DNA of 64,000 nucleotides from an uncultured Lewinella sp. (GTDB taxonomy: Bacteria > Bacteroidota > Bacteroidia > Chitinophagales > Saprospiraceae), in contig CAZQNE010000006.1 of NCBI GenBank assembly GCA_964594535.1, positions 19,496 to 83,495 on the forward strand, read 5' to 3'. The notes beneath the pieces were generated by a model. It was not told the DNA's origin. It saw only the letters and a list, made by a program, of their open reading frames with translations, and searched no databases. The translations under genes were made by a program, and so were the position numbers. Positions 38,309 through 48,258 of this stretch are shown one piece after another (position 1 is the first letter of the stretch; the number at the start of each line of letters is the position of its first letter).

Positions 38309-40168
38309 CTAAGCCGTAGCGCCCTCCTCATCCCGTTCCACCCGCAAATTGTCGATAATGAAGTGCTGCCGGGCCGGAGTGTTCTTGCCCATGTAGTAAC
38401 TCAGGAGATCGTCGATATTGGTATGGTCGCCCATGACCACCGGTTCCAGACGAATGTCTTCACCGATAAAATCCTTGAACTCGTTGGGTGAAATCTCCCC
38501 CAGCCCCTTGAAGCGGGTAATCTCCGGCTTGCCGCGCAGTTTTTCGATGGCGGCCTGCTTTTCCTCCTCGCTGTAGCAGTAGTAGGTCTTTTGCTTGTCC
38601 CGCACGCGGAAGAGCGGCGTCTCCAGGATGTACAGGTGCCCCTTGGCCACCATATCCGGAAAGAACTGCAGGAAGAAGGTGAGCAGGAGCAGACGAATGT
38701 GCATCCCGTCCACGTCGGCATCCGTGGCAATCACCACCCGGTTGTAGCGGATTTCGTCGGTGTCGTCCTCGATATTCAGGGCGTGCTGGAGTAGATTGAA
38801 CTCCTCGTTTTCGTAGACGACCTTTTTGGTGAGCCCGTAACAATTCAGCGGCTTACCCCGGAGGCTGAAGACGGCCTGCGTCTGTACGTCACGCGCCACG
38901 GTGATGGACCCGCTGGCGGAGTCGCCCTCGGTGATAAAAATGGTCGTGCCCATCCGAATTTCTTCCTCCCGCTTGCTGTCGCCGAAGTGCACGCGGCAAT
39001 CCCGTAATTTTTTGTTGTGCAGGTTGGCTTTCTTGGCGCGCTGATTGGCCAGCTTCTTGATGCCGGCAATCTCCTTGCGCTCCCGCTCCGATTGCTTGAT
39101 GCGCTTCTCGAGGGCCTGTGCGGTGGTGGGGTTTTTGTGGAGGAAGTTATCCAGGTGCTCGAGCAGGAAGTTTTTGAGAAAGGTCTGCACGGTCGGCCCC
39201 TGGGGGCCCATATCGGTACTGCCGAGTTTGGTCTTGGTCTGCGACTCGAAAACGGGCTCCTCCACCTTGATGGCGATGGCGGCGATGACGCTGGCTAGGA
39301 TGTCCTTCCGGTCGTAATTCTTATTGAAGTGCTTCTGCACCGTTTCCACCAGCGCCTGCCGGAAGGCATTCAGGTGGGTACCGCCCTGGGTGGTGAACTG
39401 CCCGTTCACGAAACTGAAGTAGTTCTCCCCGTAGGCATTGCCGTGGGTGAGGGCGATCTCGATGTCGTCCGCCTTGAGATGAATGATATCGTAGCGGATT
39501 TGCTCGACGTTGGTCTTGCGTTCCAGCAGGTCCCGCAGTCCGTTGCGGCTCAACAGCGTCTTGCCGTTGAAGTTGATCTTGAGCCCGGCGTTCAGGTAGG
39601 CGTAGTTCCAGAGCTGGCTCTCGACGAAGTCACTCCGGAAGCGGTACTTCTTGAAGATGGAACTATCCGGTACGAAACTGACGAAAGTACCGTTACCCTC
39701 CCCGGTCTTCTTCGCGCGGTGGTCCTTCACCAGTTCCCCGCGGCTAAAGTCGGCCTGCTTCAGTTTACCCTCCCGCACGGCGTAGACCCGGAAGTCGTCG
39801 GAAAGGGCGTTGGTCGCCTTCAGCCCCACCCCGTTCAGTCCCACGGCCTTTTTGAAGGCTTTGCTATCGTACTTGCCGCCGGTATTGATTTTGGAAACCA
39901 CGTCGACCACCTTCCCGAGGGGGATCCCGCGGCCGTAATCCCGGATCTTCACGGTGCCGTCCTCAATGGTTACGTCAATCTGGCGGCCGTGGCCCATGAC
40001 GTACTCGTCGATAGAGTTGTCGATGACCTCCTTGAGCAGAATGTAGATACCGTCGTCGGGGCTGGACCCATCCCCCAATTTGCCGATGTACATACCGGGC
40101 CGCATCCGGATGTGCTCCTTCCAGTCGAGCGAGCGGATGTTGTCTTCGGTATAGGTGACCTGTGCCAT
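38309..40168 (-). CDS. parE: DNA topoisomerase IV subunit B
   Basis: [36 protein letters not shown] and ATDADVDG motifs; 619 aa with no gyrase insertion. Confidence 0.95.
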   Translation of the reverse strand: MAQVTYTEDNIRSLDWKEHIRMRPGMYIGKLGDGSSPDDGIYILLKEVIDNSIDEYVMGHGRQIDVTIEDGTVKIRDYGRGIPLGKVVDVVSKINTGGKYDSKAFKKAVGLNGVGLKATNALSDDFRVYAVREGKLKQADFSRGELVKDHRAKKTGEGNGTFVSFVPDSSIFKKYRFRSDFVESQLWNYAYLNAGLKINFNGKTLLSRNGLRDLLERKTNVEQIRYDIIHLKADDIEIALTHGNAYGENYFSFVNGQFTTQGGTHLNAFRQALVETVQKHFNKNYDRKDILASVIAAIAIKVEEPVFESQTKTKLGSTDMGPQGPTVQTFLKNFLLEHLDNFLHKNPTTAQALEKRIKQSERERKEIAGIKKLANQRAKKANLHNKKLRDCRVHFGDSKREEEIRMGTTIFITEGDSASGSITVARDVQTQAVFSLRGKPLNCYGLTKKVVYENEEFNLLQHALNIEDDTDEIRYNRVVIATDADVDGMHIRLLLLTFFLQFFPDMVAKGHLYILETPLFRVRDKQKTYYCYSEEEKQAAIEKLRGKPEITRFKGLGEISPNEFKDFIGEDIRLEPVVMGDHTNIDDLLSYYMGKNTPARQHFIIDNLRVERDEEGATA

Positions 40169-40187
40169 GTACTGCGTTTAGCTTGCG

Positions 40188-40195
40188 CAAACATA
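40188..40195 (-). promoter_or_regulatory. Bacteroidota -7 promoter element for parE
   Basis: Exact TAnnTTTG (TATGTTTG) 19 nt upstream of the parE ATG. Confidence 0.6.
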
Positions 40196-40258
40196 CAAAA
40201 TTCCCCCGTTTGATTGACACAAAATGTTTGCAAACATAGCCCGTAGCTCCTGCCTTCT

Positions 40259-42769
40259 ATGCCGATGTCGCGACCCACATTTCGCTTCCGCCCCGTTTAT
40301 CTGCTCCTGCTGCTTCCCCTACTCCTCTACGGTGGGGCGCGGTACTACGTCGGCTACCGGATCGACCGATTCATCGAGCGGGCCAACGCAGGAGACAACC
40401 GGCTTTCGTTGGTGGGCTACGACTATTCCGTGATCCCGCTTTCGGTGACCGCCCGGGGGCTGCGCCTGGAGCAGGAGCGGCGGGGCACCCGGGTGGCCGG
40501 CACCATCGATCGGCTGGCCCTGCGCGGTTTGCATCCCCTCAGCTTACTAGGTAGCGGGCCACTGCACCTTCGGGAGGCCATCGTTTCCCGCGCCGAACTT
40601 CGCATCCTGCGCGCCGCCGCCCCCTCCCCCGGTAGCGATACCACTAGCGGAAACGGCTTTCTGATCGACCGGGTGGCCCTGTCGGAAACCGATGTCACCT
40701 ACCGGGATAGCAGTCGCACGGGCCGTATCGCGGGGCTCTCGTTCCGGCTTGCCCCCCTGCGCGTTCCCTTCACTCCCTCCGGTATGCAGGTCGATACGCT
40801 GGGACTGGACACCGTTTATCTCGCCCGGGCCGCCGGAGACCGGGTGCGGGGAGTGCACCTTCGGTACGCGGAAAACGAGCTACGTCTGGAGGGCATATCC
40901 TACCGTGGGCAACCGGATACGGACGTAGCCGCTAACCGGATTTATATCGGTGGCCTGAGTACGGCAGACATCGGAGACACCATCCTACTCGACACGATTT
41001 CCGTCGCACAGTTGGGCGGCGGCGCGCGGGTGCCGGCGGAACCCCGGGGGCAAATGTCGTCCTACCGGCCGAATCTGGTCCGAATCGATCACTTGCTCTC
41101 ACCCGACATCAATCTCGACGTAAGTGGTGATTACGGTCAGGTCAGCTACCGGGGGCGGATAGCGACCGACGATCTTCGGTCCGGCCGTACCATATCCCTG
41201 GGCGGGCTTCGCGCCGAAGGGGAAGAAATCCGCTACGATACGCCGAAGGACGCGGCCATCAAACTCACCGACTTTAGCCTACGCCAGGGGAAGCTCGGTC
41301 TGGCCCCTTTCGCCACCGACCCCGGCCCGACGGAGATCGACGGGGAGAACTTCCTGATTCAGGACGGCAGCCGCCAGCTAGCGGCCGCTACGGTCAGCTA
41401 CCGCAGTGGGGGCCGGGGGCTGACCGCTACCGGAATTTCCCTGGTCGGGCCGCGTACCACCGGGCAGATCGGGCAGGTCACGGTAGCGGATATTGACCGC
41501 AGCCTCCTGCTCGGGGAGCTGGTACTGGATACCGGCCCCATCGCGGTCAACCGGGCCCGGATTGAATTAGCTACCGCATCCGGTCGGCGCTATCGCCTCC
41601 GCTTTCCCGAAATCGGGGCGGCCGGGGTGAGCGGCCGGGACTCGCTGACGGTACACGACCTGAAGCTCGCGGGGGCCGGGGCCAGGGGCTATCGCTCCGG
41701 CGGCGGCGAAGCACTGGCGGTGGCGGGGGTGGACCTGCGGGTCGATTCGGTTCCTTTCCCGTTCCAACTGGAGCGAGTGGGCTCCGCGACGGTCGCACTC
41801 GATTCGGCCGTATTTACCGGTGAGGAGGGGGTGACTCACCACGGGCTGTACGGAATGAGTTACGCTGCCCGAACCGCGGAACTTCGCTTCGATAGCATCG
41901 TGCGGAGGAACCGACTTTCGGCGGCGGAAGTGTTCCGACGCCGGATCCAGGAATCGGTCATGAACTTCAGTTTCGACCGCATCGTGGCCCGGGGGCTGGA
42001 CTACGGGCTACTGCTACGCCGGCAGGCGGGGGCTGACTCGCTCTTCGCGGAAGACTTTCGCCTGCGGGTGGTCGAAAATCTCGACCTTGACCTCCCCGGT
42101 GGCAAACGCATGCTGCCCCTGCAGGCGCTTCGCTCGGTAGGCTGGCCGATCCGGATAGACGGAGTGAGGGTACGGTCCACGGACATTGCCTACGGGGTGG
42201 TGGATAGCGTGCTGGACGCCAAAACCATTCACTTCACCGATGGGACGATCGAACTGCGGGGGGTGGACACCCGGATCGACGCGAGCGATTCCATCCGGGC
42301 GACCTTCGCGGCCACCTTCGAGCAAACCTCCCCCATGCGGGCCGTTTTCATCCTACCCCGGGATAGTACCGGACGGAGCGCTACCATGCGGGGGCAATTG
42401 GCGGATTACGACCTGAGTCGAATCAACCCCCTGATGCGGGTAGCGGCGGATGCCATTATCGAGAGCGGCCGGGTAGACAGCCTGGTGTACGACGGCATCC
42501 TTCGTCGGGAGGTAGTCACCGGTGAGGCTGGCTTCTACTATCGGAATCTGGACGTGAAGGTGACCGGTAGCGGAGCCTGGATAAAGAATCTGCTCAGCGG
42601 GGCGGTCGTGAATGACCGCAACGTAGCGGGAGAGGACTTCCGCCCCGGGAAAATTTACTACGAGCACGAGCCGGAAAAGAGCTTCTTCAATGCCTACTGG
42701 CAGGGCATCGTGACGGGGCTACGCTCTTCGGTACTGTCCGATATCGTACTGCCCGAGGAACTGGATTGA
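40259..42769 (+). CDS. AsmA/DUF748-like large envelope protein
   Basis: N-terminal TM anchor; repetitive beta-rich body; C-terminal KSFFNAYWQGIVTGL segment. Confidence 0.65.
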   Translation: MPMSRPTFRFRPVYLLLLLPLLLYGGARYYVGYRIDRFIERANAGDNRLSLVGYDYSVIPLSVTARGLRLEQERRGTRVAGTIDRLALRGLHPLSLLGSGPLHLREAIVSRAELRILRAAAPSPGSDTTSGNGFLIDRVALSETDVTYRDSSRTGRIAGLSFRLAPLRVPFTPSGMQVDTLGLDTVYLARAAGDRVRGVHLRYAENELRLEGISYRGQPDTDVAANRIYIGGLSTADIGDTILLDTISVAQLGGGARVPAEPRGQMSSYRPNLVRIDHLLSPDINLDVSGDYGQVSYRGRIATDDLRSGRTISLGGLRAEGEEIRYDTPKDAAIKLTDFSLRQGKLGLAPFATDPGPTEIDGENFLIQDGSRQLAAATVSYRSGGRGLTATGISLVGPRTTGQIGQVTVADIDRSLLLGELVLDTGPIAVNRARIELATASGRRYRLRFPEIGAAGVSGRDSLTVHDLKLAGAGARGYRSGGGEALAVAGVDLRVDSVPFPFQLERVGSATVALDSAVFTGEEGVTHHGLYGMSYAARTAELRFDSIVRRNRLSAAEVFRRRIQESVMNFSFDRIVARGLDYGLLLRRQAGADSLFAEDFRLRVVENLDLDLPGGKRMLPLQALRSVGWPIRIDGVRVRSTDIAYGVVDSVLDAKTIHFTDGTIELRGVDTRIDASDSIRATFAATFEQTSPMRAVFILPRDSTGRSATMRGQLADYDLSRINPLMRVAADAIIESGRVDSLVYDGILRREVVTGEAGFYYRNLDVKVTGSGAWIKNLLSGAVVNDRNVAGEDFRPGKIYYEHEPEKSFFNAYWQGIVTGLRSSVLSDIVLPEELD

Positions 42770-42776
42770 GTGCGGC

Positions 42777-43898
42777 CTACCCCTCGACGGTCGCTTCTTC
42801 CGCCGGCTTGCCTTCGGAGGTTTCTATGATGGTACTGCGACGGCGCGGGCGTTTCAGTTTGGGGGTATTCACGTCCCCGTTCCGGCTAAGGAGGATCGCC
42901 ACCGGCCGGGTACTCGGAAACTGGGCGCAGATAATGATGATGGCCACCGTAATCGGTACGCTCAGCAGCATACCGACAATGCCCCACAGCATAGACCACA
43001 GGATCAGGCTCAGCACCACCACCAGCGGGCTAATGTTGAGGGAACTCCCCATCAGGCGGGGCTCCAGTATGTTTCCTACCAGGAGCTGGATAACCGTTAC
43101 ACCGATCACCACGACCAGGAATGGGGTCAGGGTATCGAACTGCACCAGGGCCAGCAGGGCCGGCAGGGCGGTGGCGGTAATGGAACCGATGGTCGGCACG
43201 AAGTTGAACAGGAAGATCAGAAACGCCCAGAACAGCGCATAGTCCAGTCCCAGAAACGTAAACACAAAGAAACTCAGCAGGGCCGTCAGAATACTCGTCA
43301 ACGTCTTCACGCCCAGGTAGGTGCGCATGGCCTGGTTGATCTCGGTAAGGACCAGGGTGAAGCGGGTGGTCTTACCCAGGTTCAATCCCAGGGCTTTCAA
43401 TTTGCGGGGGAAGGTGCCCTGCTCCACCAGAAAAAAGAGCACGTAGAGCAGGACCAACCCGATACCCTTAGCCGCGCTGGTCACGCCGGCCAGCACGAGG
43501 GCAAAATTACCCAGCACCTGCTGCCCCAGTTTCAGGTCGACCACGCTCGGCGGTACCCGATCCAGCCGCAGGCGGGCGTAAACCCGCGCGATTTGCTCCT
43601 CGATCCGGGGTAGGTATATATCGCTGTCCTGAATGAAGCCATTGACCGTCTGCACGATCATATCGGAAATGAGATAGAGGGTGAGCCCAATGAAAATCAG
43701 CGACATGCCCAGGGTAATGGCGTTCGGCAGGCGCGTACCGATGACCGGCAGGTGCCGGAACTGGTCGTTGAGGGCATTGACGAGGTACCACAGAACCAGG
43801 GCAACGAAAATGGGAACCAGGTAGGTCTTGCCCACCACGATAAGTACCAGGATCAGTCCGATGGTGATAAGCCAGGCTGCGACGCGGACGATTGACAT
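42777..43898 (-). CDS. AI-2E family transporter
   Basis: NFVPTIGS, GNILEPRLMG and GMLLSVP motifs; start moved to ATG 43898. Confidence 0.9.
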   Translation of the reverse strand: MSIVRVAAWLITIGLILVLIVVGKTYLVPIFVALVLWYLVNALNDQFRHLPVIGTRLPNAITLGMSLIFIGLTLYLISDMIVQTVNGFIQDSDIYLPRIEEQIARVYARLRLDRVPPSVVDLKLGQQVLGNFALVLAGVTSAAKGIGLVLLYVLFFLVEQGTFPRKLKALGLNLGKTTRFTLVLTEINQAMRTYLGVKTLTSILTALLSFFVFTFLGLDYALFWAFLIFLFNFVPTIGSITATALPALLALVQFDTLTPFLVVVIGVTVIQLLVGNILEPRLMGSSLNISPLVVVLSLILWSMLWGIVGMLLSVPITVAIIIICAQFPSTRPVAILLSRNGDVNTPKLKRPRRRSTIIETSEGKPAEEATVEG

Positions 43899-44055
43899 AT
43901 ACGGGTAACGAACAAAGTCGGCCGAATGTGCTTCACCCGGTAACCAGATTGGTTGCCGGGCCCGGTTCCGTTGCCAAAACAACGGCCGGTGACAATTTCC
44001 TACTTTTGTCCCCTACCCGGAGCGGTAACACTTAATTTACAATAGAACCCACCCC

Positions 44056-45285
44056 ATGAGCGGATCCAAGATCACCATCAACGACGGTAAGCTGAACGTC
44101 CCTAACGACCCCATCCTCCCCTTCATCGAGGGAGATGGCATCGGGCCCGACATCTGGGCCGCCGCCAGCCGCGTGCTGGAAGCCGCCGTCGGGAAAGCGT
44201 ACAATGGTGAACGCTCCATCGTCTGGAAGGAGGTGCTGGCCGGACAGAAGGCCATGGACCAAACCGGCGAATGGCTCCCCCAGGACACGCTGGACAACAT
44301 CGAGGAATACCTCGTCTCCATCAAGGGGCCCCTGACCACCCCGGTCGGTGGCGGTATCCGCTCCCTGAACGTAGCGCTGCGGCAGAAGCTGGATCTGTAC
44401 GCCTGCGTCCGCCCCGTGCAGTACTTTACCGGCGTCCCCAGCCCGGTCAAGAACCCCCAGGACGTAGACATGATCATCTTCCGCGAAAATACCGAAGACA
44501 TCTACGCCGGTATCGAGTTCGCCGAGGGCACCGAAGAGAATGCGAAGTTCCTCAGCTGGCTGAAGGAATCCTACCCCGAGCGCTACGCCAAGGTCCGTTT
44601 CCCCGATACGGCGGGCATTGGCATCAAGCCCGTCAGCCAGGAGGGTACCCGCCGGCTGGTGAAGTCGGCCATCCAGTACGCCATCGATAACGGGAAGGAT
44701 AGCGTTACGCTGGTACACAAGGGGAACATCATGAAATTCACGGAAGGCAGCTTCCGCGACTGGGGCTACCAGACGGCGGCCGAGGATTTCGGTGCCACGC
44801 CCCTCGACGGTGGCCCCTGGCATACCCTGACCACCGACGGCGGGCGCACGATCACCATCAAGGACGTCATCGCCGACGCGATGCTGCAGCAGATCATTCT
44901 GCGGCCGAAGGAATACAGCGTCATCGCTACCCTTAACCTGAACGGCGACTACATCAGCGACGCCCTTGCCGCCCAGGTGGGGGGAATCGGCATTGCCCCC
45001 GGGGCGAATATCAACTACACCACCGGTATTTCGATCTTCGAGGCTACCCACGGCACGGCCCCGAAGTACGCCGGCCAGGATAAGGTAAACCCCAGTTCGG
45101 TCATTCTCTCCGGCGAGATGATGTTCCGCTACATGGGCTGGCCGGAGGCCGCCGACCTCATTATTAAGGGGATCGAGGGCGCCATCTCGAAGAAGCGGGT
45201 AACCTACGACTTCGAGCGGCAGATGGAAGGGGCTACGCTACTGAAGTGTAGTGAATTTGGGGAAGAGATTGTGAAGAATATGTAA
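44056..45285 (+). CDS. icd: NADP-dependent isocitrate dehydrogenase
   Basis: [44 protein letters not shown] and [10 protein letters not shown] motifs. Confidence 0.97.
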   Translation: MSGSKITINDGKLNVPNDPILPFIEGDGIGPDIWAAASRVLEAAVGKAYNGERSIVWKEVLAGQKAMDQTGEWLPQDTLDNIEEYLVSIKGPLTTPVGGGIRSLNVALRQKLDLYACVRPVQYFTGVPSPVKNPQDVDMIIFRENTEDIYAGIEFAEGTEENAKFLSWLKESYPERYAKVRFPDTAGIGIKPVSQEGTRRLVKSAIQYAIDNGKDSVTLVHKGNIMKFTEGSFRDWGYQTAAEDFGATPLDGGPWHTLTTDGGRTITIKDVIADAMLQQIILRPKEYSVIATLNLNGDYISDALAAQVGGIGIAPGANINYTTGISIFEATHGTAPKYAGQDKVNPSSVILSGEMMFRYMGWPEAADLIIKGIEGAISKKRVTYDFERQMEGATLLKCSEFGEEIVKNM

Positions 45286-45340
45286 GGTAGCGAGGCAGTT
45301 AGGTGCTGGGCGGCTAGGTGTTTGGGTTTTAGGTTTTGAG
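45284..45340 (+). repeat. degenerate 7-8-nt tandem array (G-rich), upstream of the four-helix-bundle gene
   Basis: AGGTAGCG AGGCAGTT AGGTGCT GGGCGGCT AGGTGTTT GGGTTTT AGGTTTTG. Confidence 0.7.
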
Positions 45341-45402
45341 TAATTAAACATTTTGTGTTATAATTACAGCATAATCACCATTTAGCAAAAATCCCAAGCC
45401 AT

Positions 45403-45798
45403 ATGTTATAGAGCTACCGAGATCTGAGGATCTACCAAGAATCACTTTCACTTTTTACCAGAGTCCATAAGTTTTCTCTGCAGCTGCCGAGGTACGAACT
45501 ATATGAATTAGGTAGCCAACTGCGCAGATCGGCTGACAGCGTGAATTCCAATATTGTGGAGGGATACGGTCGTCGTAGCTATAAACGTGACTACATACGG
45601 TTTTTGGTGTTCTCGATAGCGAGCAATGATGAGACTATCAATCACTCACGCAAGCTGGCGTTGGTCTACGAAAATCACCGGGAAGCCGCCACCTCGTTAG
45701 CAACAGCCTACGAACAACTTGGTAAGCAACTAAACAGGTACATCACCTTCGTGCGCCAAAACTGGAAACCCCTCCCATCTGCTCGATCCAGTAGCTAA
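45403..45798 (+). pseudogene. four-helix-bundle (23S rRNA intervening-sequence protein family) gene with an in-frame TAG at codon 3
   Basis: ATG TTA TAG AGC TAC CGA GAT CTG = ML*SYRDLRIYQ...YELGSQLRRSADSVNSNIVEGYGR, the canonical family motif. Confidence 0.8.
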
Positions 45799-45858
45799 CC
45801 AACCTAATACCTAGCTCACCCAGCAACCCACCAACTAGGCGGCCTAGCACCTAGTCTA
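45795..45858 (-). repeat. degenerate 7-8-nt tandem array (C-rich), inverted counterpart of 45284-45340
   Basis: CTAACCAA CCTAATA CCTAGCTCA CCCAGCAA CCCACCAA CTAGGCGG CCTAGCA CCTAG. Confidence 0.7.
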
Positions 45859-46524
45859 CCCCACTCCCCGCTCCACCAACTCCCGTAGCGCCAGCGACAT
45901 CAGCAACTGCTCCTCCTTTTCGCTGAGGTCATCCGGGACGAACTCGAAGGCCCGTTGGCTCAGGGGATCGTCCTGCTCACCCCGCACCTGCGTCAGCGCC
46001 CCGACTTCGCGGTTACCGACGCTGACGGGCAGATAGTTTTCCGTTCCGTTAGCGTGGATGCGCGCGAGCTCCTTGCCCGTCCGTTCCCCCAGTAGTACGT
46101 TGTTGTTCAGGTTTCCGACGGGCTGATTGTCGATTTCCAGGCGGGTCTTGCCCTTCTCGGTCCAGTAAACGTAGTCGTGGTCGGCGGTGCGGGCGTAGAG
46201 CAACGCGTTCACCTGTTTACCCAGGAAGCGGCGGTAACTGTAACTGACGACGGGTTCGTGAAAAATAGTAGTGAAGGTACCTCTTGCCGTGGCGGCCTGC
46301 CCGCTGGTTTTGACCACCTGTCGTTCCTGGGCCAGGCTGAACAGATCGAGCTCTTCCTTATTCATTTTGACCAGCCGGGGGCTCCAGTGGTCCATTTCCT
46401 CCCGCATTTGGGCCAGTAACCGCGCCCGCTTTTTTCGGGACGGCATACGGTGGCGGTTCCACTGGGTGAAAAGGTAGATCAGGATGGCAAGGAGGAGTAC
46501 GGAAATGGCGAGCAGCGGAATCAT
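45856..46524 (-). CDS. hypothetical protein with N-terminal membrane anchor
   Basis: Hydrophobic N-terminus; coding-like composition. Confidence 0.7.
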   Translation of the reverse strand: MIPLLAISVLLLAILIYLFTQWNRHRMPSRKKRARLLAQMREEMDHWSPRLVKMNKEELDLFSLAQERQVVKTSGQAATARGTFTTIFHEPVVSYSYRRFLGKQVNALLYARTADHDYVYWTEKGKTRLEIDNQPVGNLNNNVLLGERTGKELARIHANGTENYLPVSVGNREVGALTQVRGEQDDPLSQRAFEFVPDDLSEKEEQLLMSLALRELVERGVG

Positions 46525-46645
46525 ATACCGCTAAAACACGGTAGACCGGCCCGGGGGTTTATTCCTTCGTAGAATGTATCGCGGCAGTGGTCGAACGGGA
46601 CGGTACCGCGTCAGGACGCCCGCCCCGATCCGGTCGGAACGGGCG

Positions 46646-46840
46646 TCAAGCGCGTTTTCCCCTCCGGTAGCCCAGGTAAAGCAGTACCGAACCACCGAGG
46701 AGCAAAATCAGGTGCCCCCAGACACGGCCCCGATTATAGGGGGTAAGAATGGCGTAGTCGGGGAGCAGTCGCGTCAGTGCGACGAGCGATACGATCGTCA
46801 GGAAACCTCCGGTCAGGTAAAAGCCGACGCGCAACAGCAC
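46646..46840 (-). CDS. small 2-TM membrane protein
   Basis: 64 aa with two hydrophobic segments; GTG start 3 nt after the bor-like stop codon. Confidence 0.55.
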   Translation of the reverse strand: MLLRVGFYLTGGFLTIVSLVALTRLLPDYAILTPYNRGRVWGHLILLLGGSVLLYLGYRRGKRA

Positions 46841-46843
46841 CGC

Positions 46844-47137
46844 TTACCGGGTAACGATGGTCGTAGTCGGGGAATACAGGCCGCCGGTGAGCACGTTCAG
46901 CAGGCCGTCCACGAAGGTATGCGTGATGGTGACGGTATAGTCGTCGGCACCCCGGGCCAGTTCGGCGGGATCGGTAATACTGATGGGAGCCAGGCCGCCA
47001 ATGAGGTAGTGGTTCCCTTTTTTGTTTTCGATACCGGTCTGAGCGCCCTGCCCGACGTCGAAGGTGTAGGTATAGCAACCCGAGGCGGTACAACAAAGGG
47101 CGAAGGCAAGAACTAGCGAATACAGGGAGTGTTTCAT
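46844..47137 (-). CDS. Bor/Iss family lipoprotein
   Basis: ASGCYTYTF lipobox; HYLIGGLA and FVDGLLNVLTGGLYSPTT motifs; start moved to ATG 47137. Confidence 0.85.
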   Translation of the reverse strand: MKHSLYSLVLAFALCCTASGCYTYTFDVGQGAQTGIENKKGNHYLIGGLAPISITDPAELARGADDYTVTITHTFVDGLLNVLTGGLYSPTTTIVTR

Positions 47138-47358
47138 AACGTATGTGTAGTGATCCCTACTCATTTGGCTTTTCGGGTTACGCCGCACCCGACGCTTTTG
47201 CCGGGCTGCGGATCAAATGTAAAACATCCGCCCCGGGAATGAAACCGAATGAAGGATAAATCCCCGATTCGCCCGGGCGGTCTGCGTGGGCCGGTACGGA
47301 ACCATTAGGTTTTTCCCTCCCCGCATCCGTAGCTTACCCGGCCCAACTACCTCTGCGT

Positions 47359-48237
47359 ATGGTCGCACCCCAACTTTACTATAGGCTAACAGTCACCGTC
47401 CTTCTCCTATTCGCCTGCCACCAGCGCGCCGCCGCCCAAACCACGCTCTACCTCGACCAGCCGGGGGAAACGGCCGAAGCACCGGACGTGCGGCTAAGGG
47501 ATGATCACAACGGCCGTATGTATCGGGTTGGCCGGCCTTACCTCACCGTGTTCAAGCCACCGGAAGGAGTACCCCTACGGGGGGCCGCCGTGATCTGCCC
47601 CGGGGGCGGCTACGGGTATCTGAGTATGGACAAGGAGGGCGAGGAAGTAGCCCGCTGGCTCTCACGGAATGGGTTCGTGGGAATGGCGCTGGGCTACCGG
47701 CTACCCCACGAAGGGCAAATAGAAACCGGCATCCCGCTCCCACAGCGGGATGGGTTGGCCGGACTGCGACGGGCACGCCACCTCATGGATAGCCTCGGTA
47801 TAGCACCCGATAAACTCCTTGTCGTAGGCTTCAGCGCCGGTGGCCACCTGGCCTCTTCGCTGGTCCAACTGGCGGAGGATACTCTCCAGCCCAACGCAAG
47901 CATTCTGGTCTACCCCGTCATCAGTATGCGGGATGGCATCGGTCACCGTGGGTCGCGGGAAAAGTTACTCGGACAAACCCCCACCGAAGAAATCCTGGCT
48001 CGTTACAGTACTGACGAGCGGATTGCGGCCGGCTACCCCCCCACCCTGCTCGTGCACGCCACGGACGATCGCACGGTACCCGTGGAAAATAGCCTACGCT
48101 ACTACGAAGGCCTGCGGGCGCACGGGGTGCCGGCGGCCCTGTACGTTACGGAACGGGGTGGCCACGGCTTCGGAATGCGGGGAGACCTGGGGTGGACCGA
48201 AGCCGCCCTGGCCTGGCTGGAGCGGCAGGGGTTCTGA
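47359..48237 (+). CDS. secreted alpha/beta hydrolase (carbohydrate esterase-like)
   Basis: ICPGGGY, GFSAGGHL, DDRTVP and GGHGFG triad motifs. Confidence 0.9.
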   Translation: MVAPQLYYRLTVTVLLLFACHQRAAAQTTLYLDQPGETAEAPDVRLRDDHNGRMYRVGRPYLTVFKPPEGVPLRGAAVICPGGGYGYLSMDKEGEEVARWLSRNGFVGMALGYRLPHEGQIETGIPLPQRDGLAGLRRARHLMDSLGIAPDKLLVVGFSAGGHLASSLVQLAEDTLQPNASILVYPVISMRDGIGHRGSREKLLGQTPTEEILARYSTDERIAAGYPPTLLVHATDDRTVPVENSLRYYEGLRAHGVPAALYVTERGGHGFGMRGDLGWTEAALAWLERQGF

Positions 48238-48258
48238 CGATCCGGCCCGGGCCCCTTA

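Noticed and set aside
45409-45411. Pyrrolysine or recoded-TAG explanation for the amber codon
   Set aside because: No pyl genes are visible, and TAG serves as a normal stop for many genes in this window (e.g. dnaE, dodecin)
45284-45858. Short tandem arrays read as CRISPR, or the four-helix-bundle gene read as DGR Avd
   Set aside because: The 7-8-nt units have no spacers; there are no cas genes, no RT and no TR/VR pair in the window
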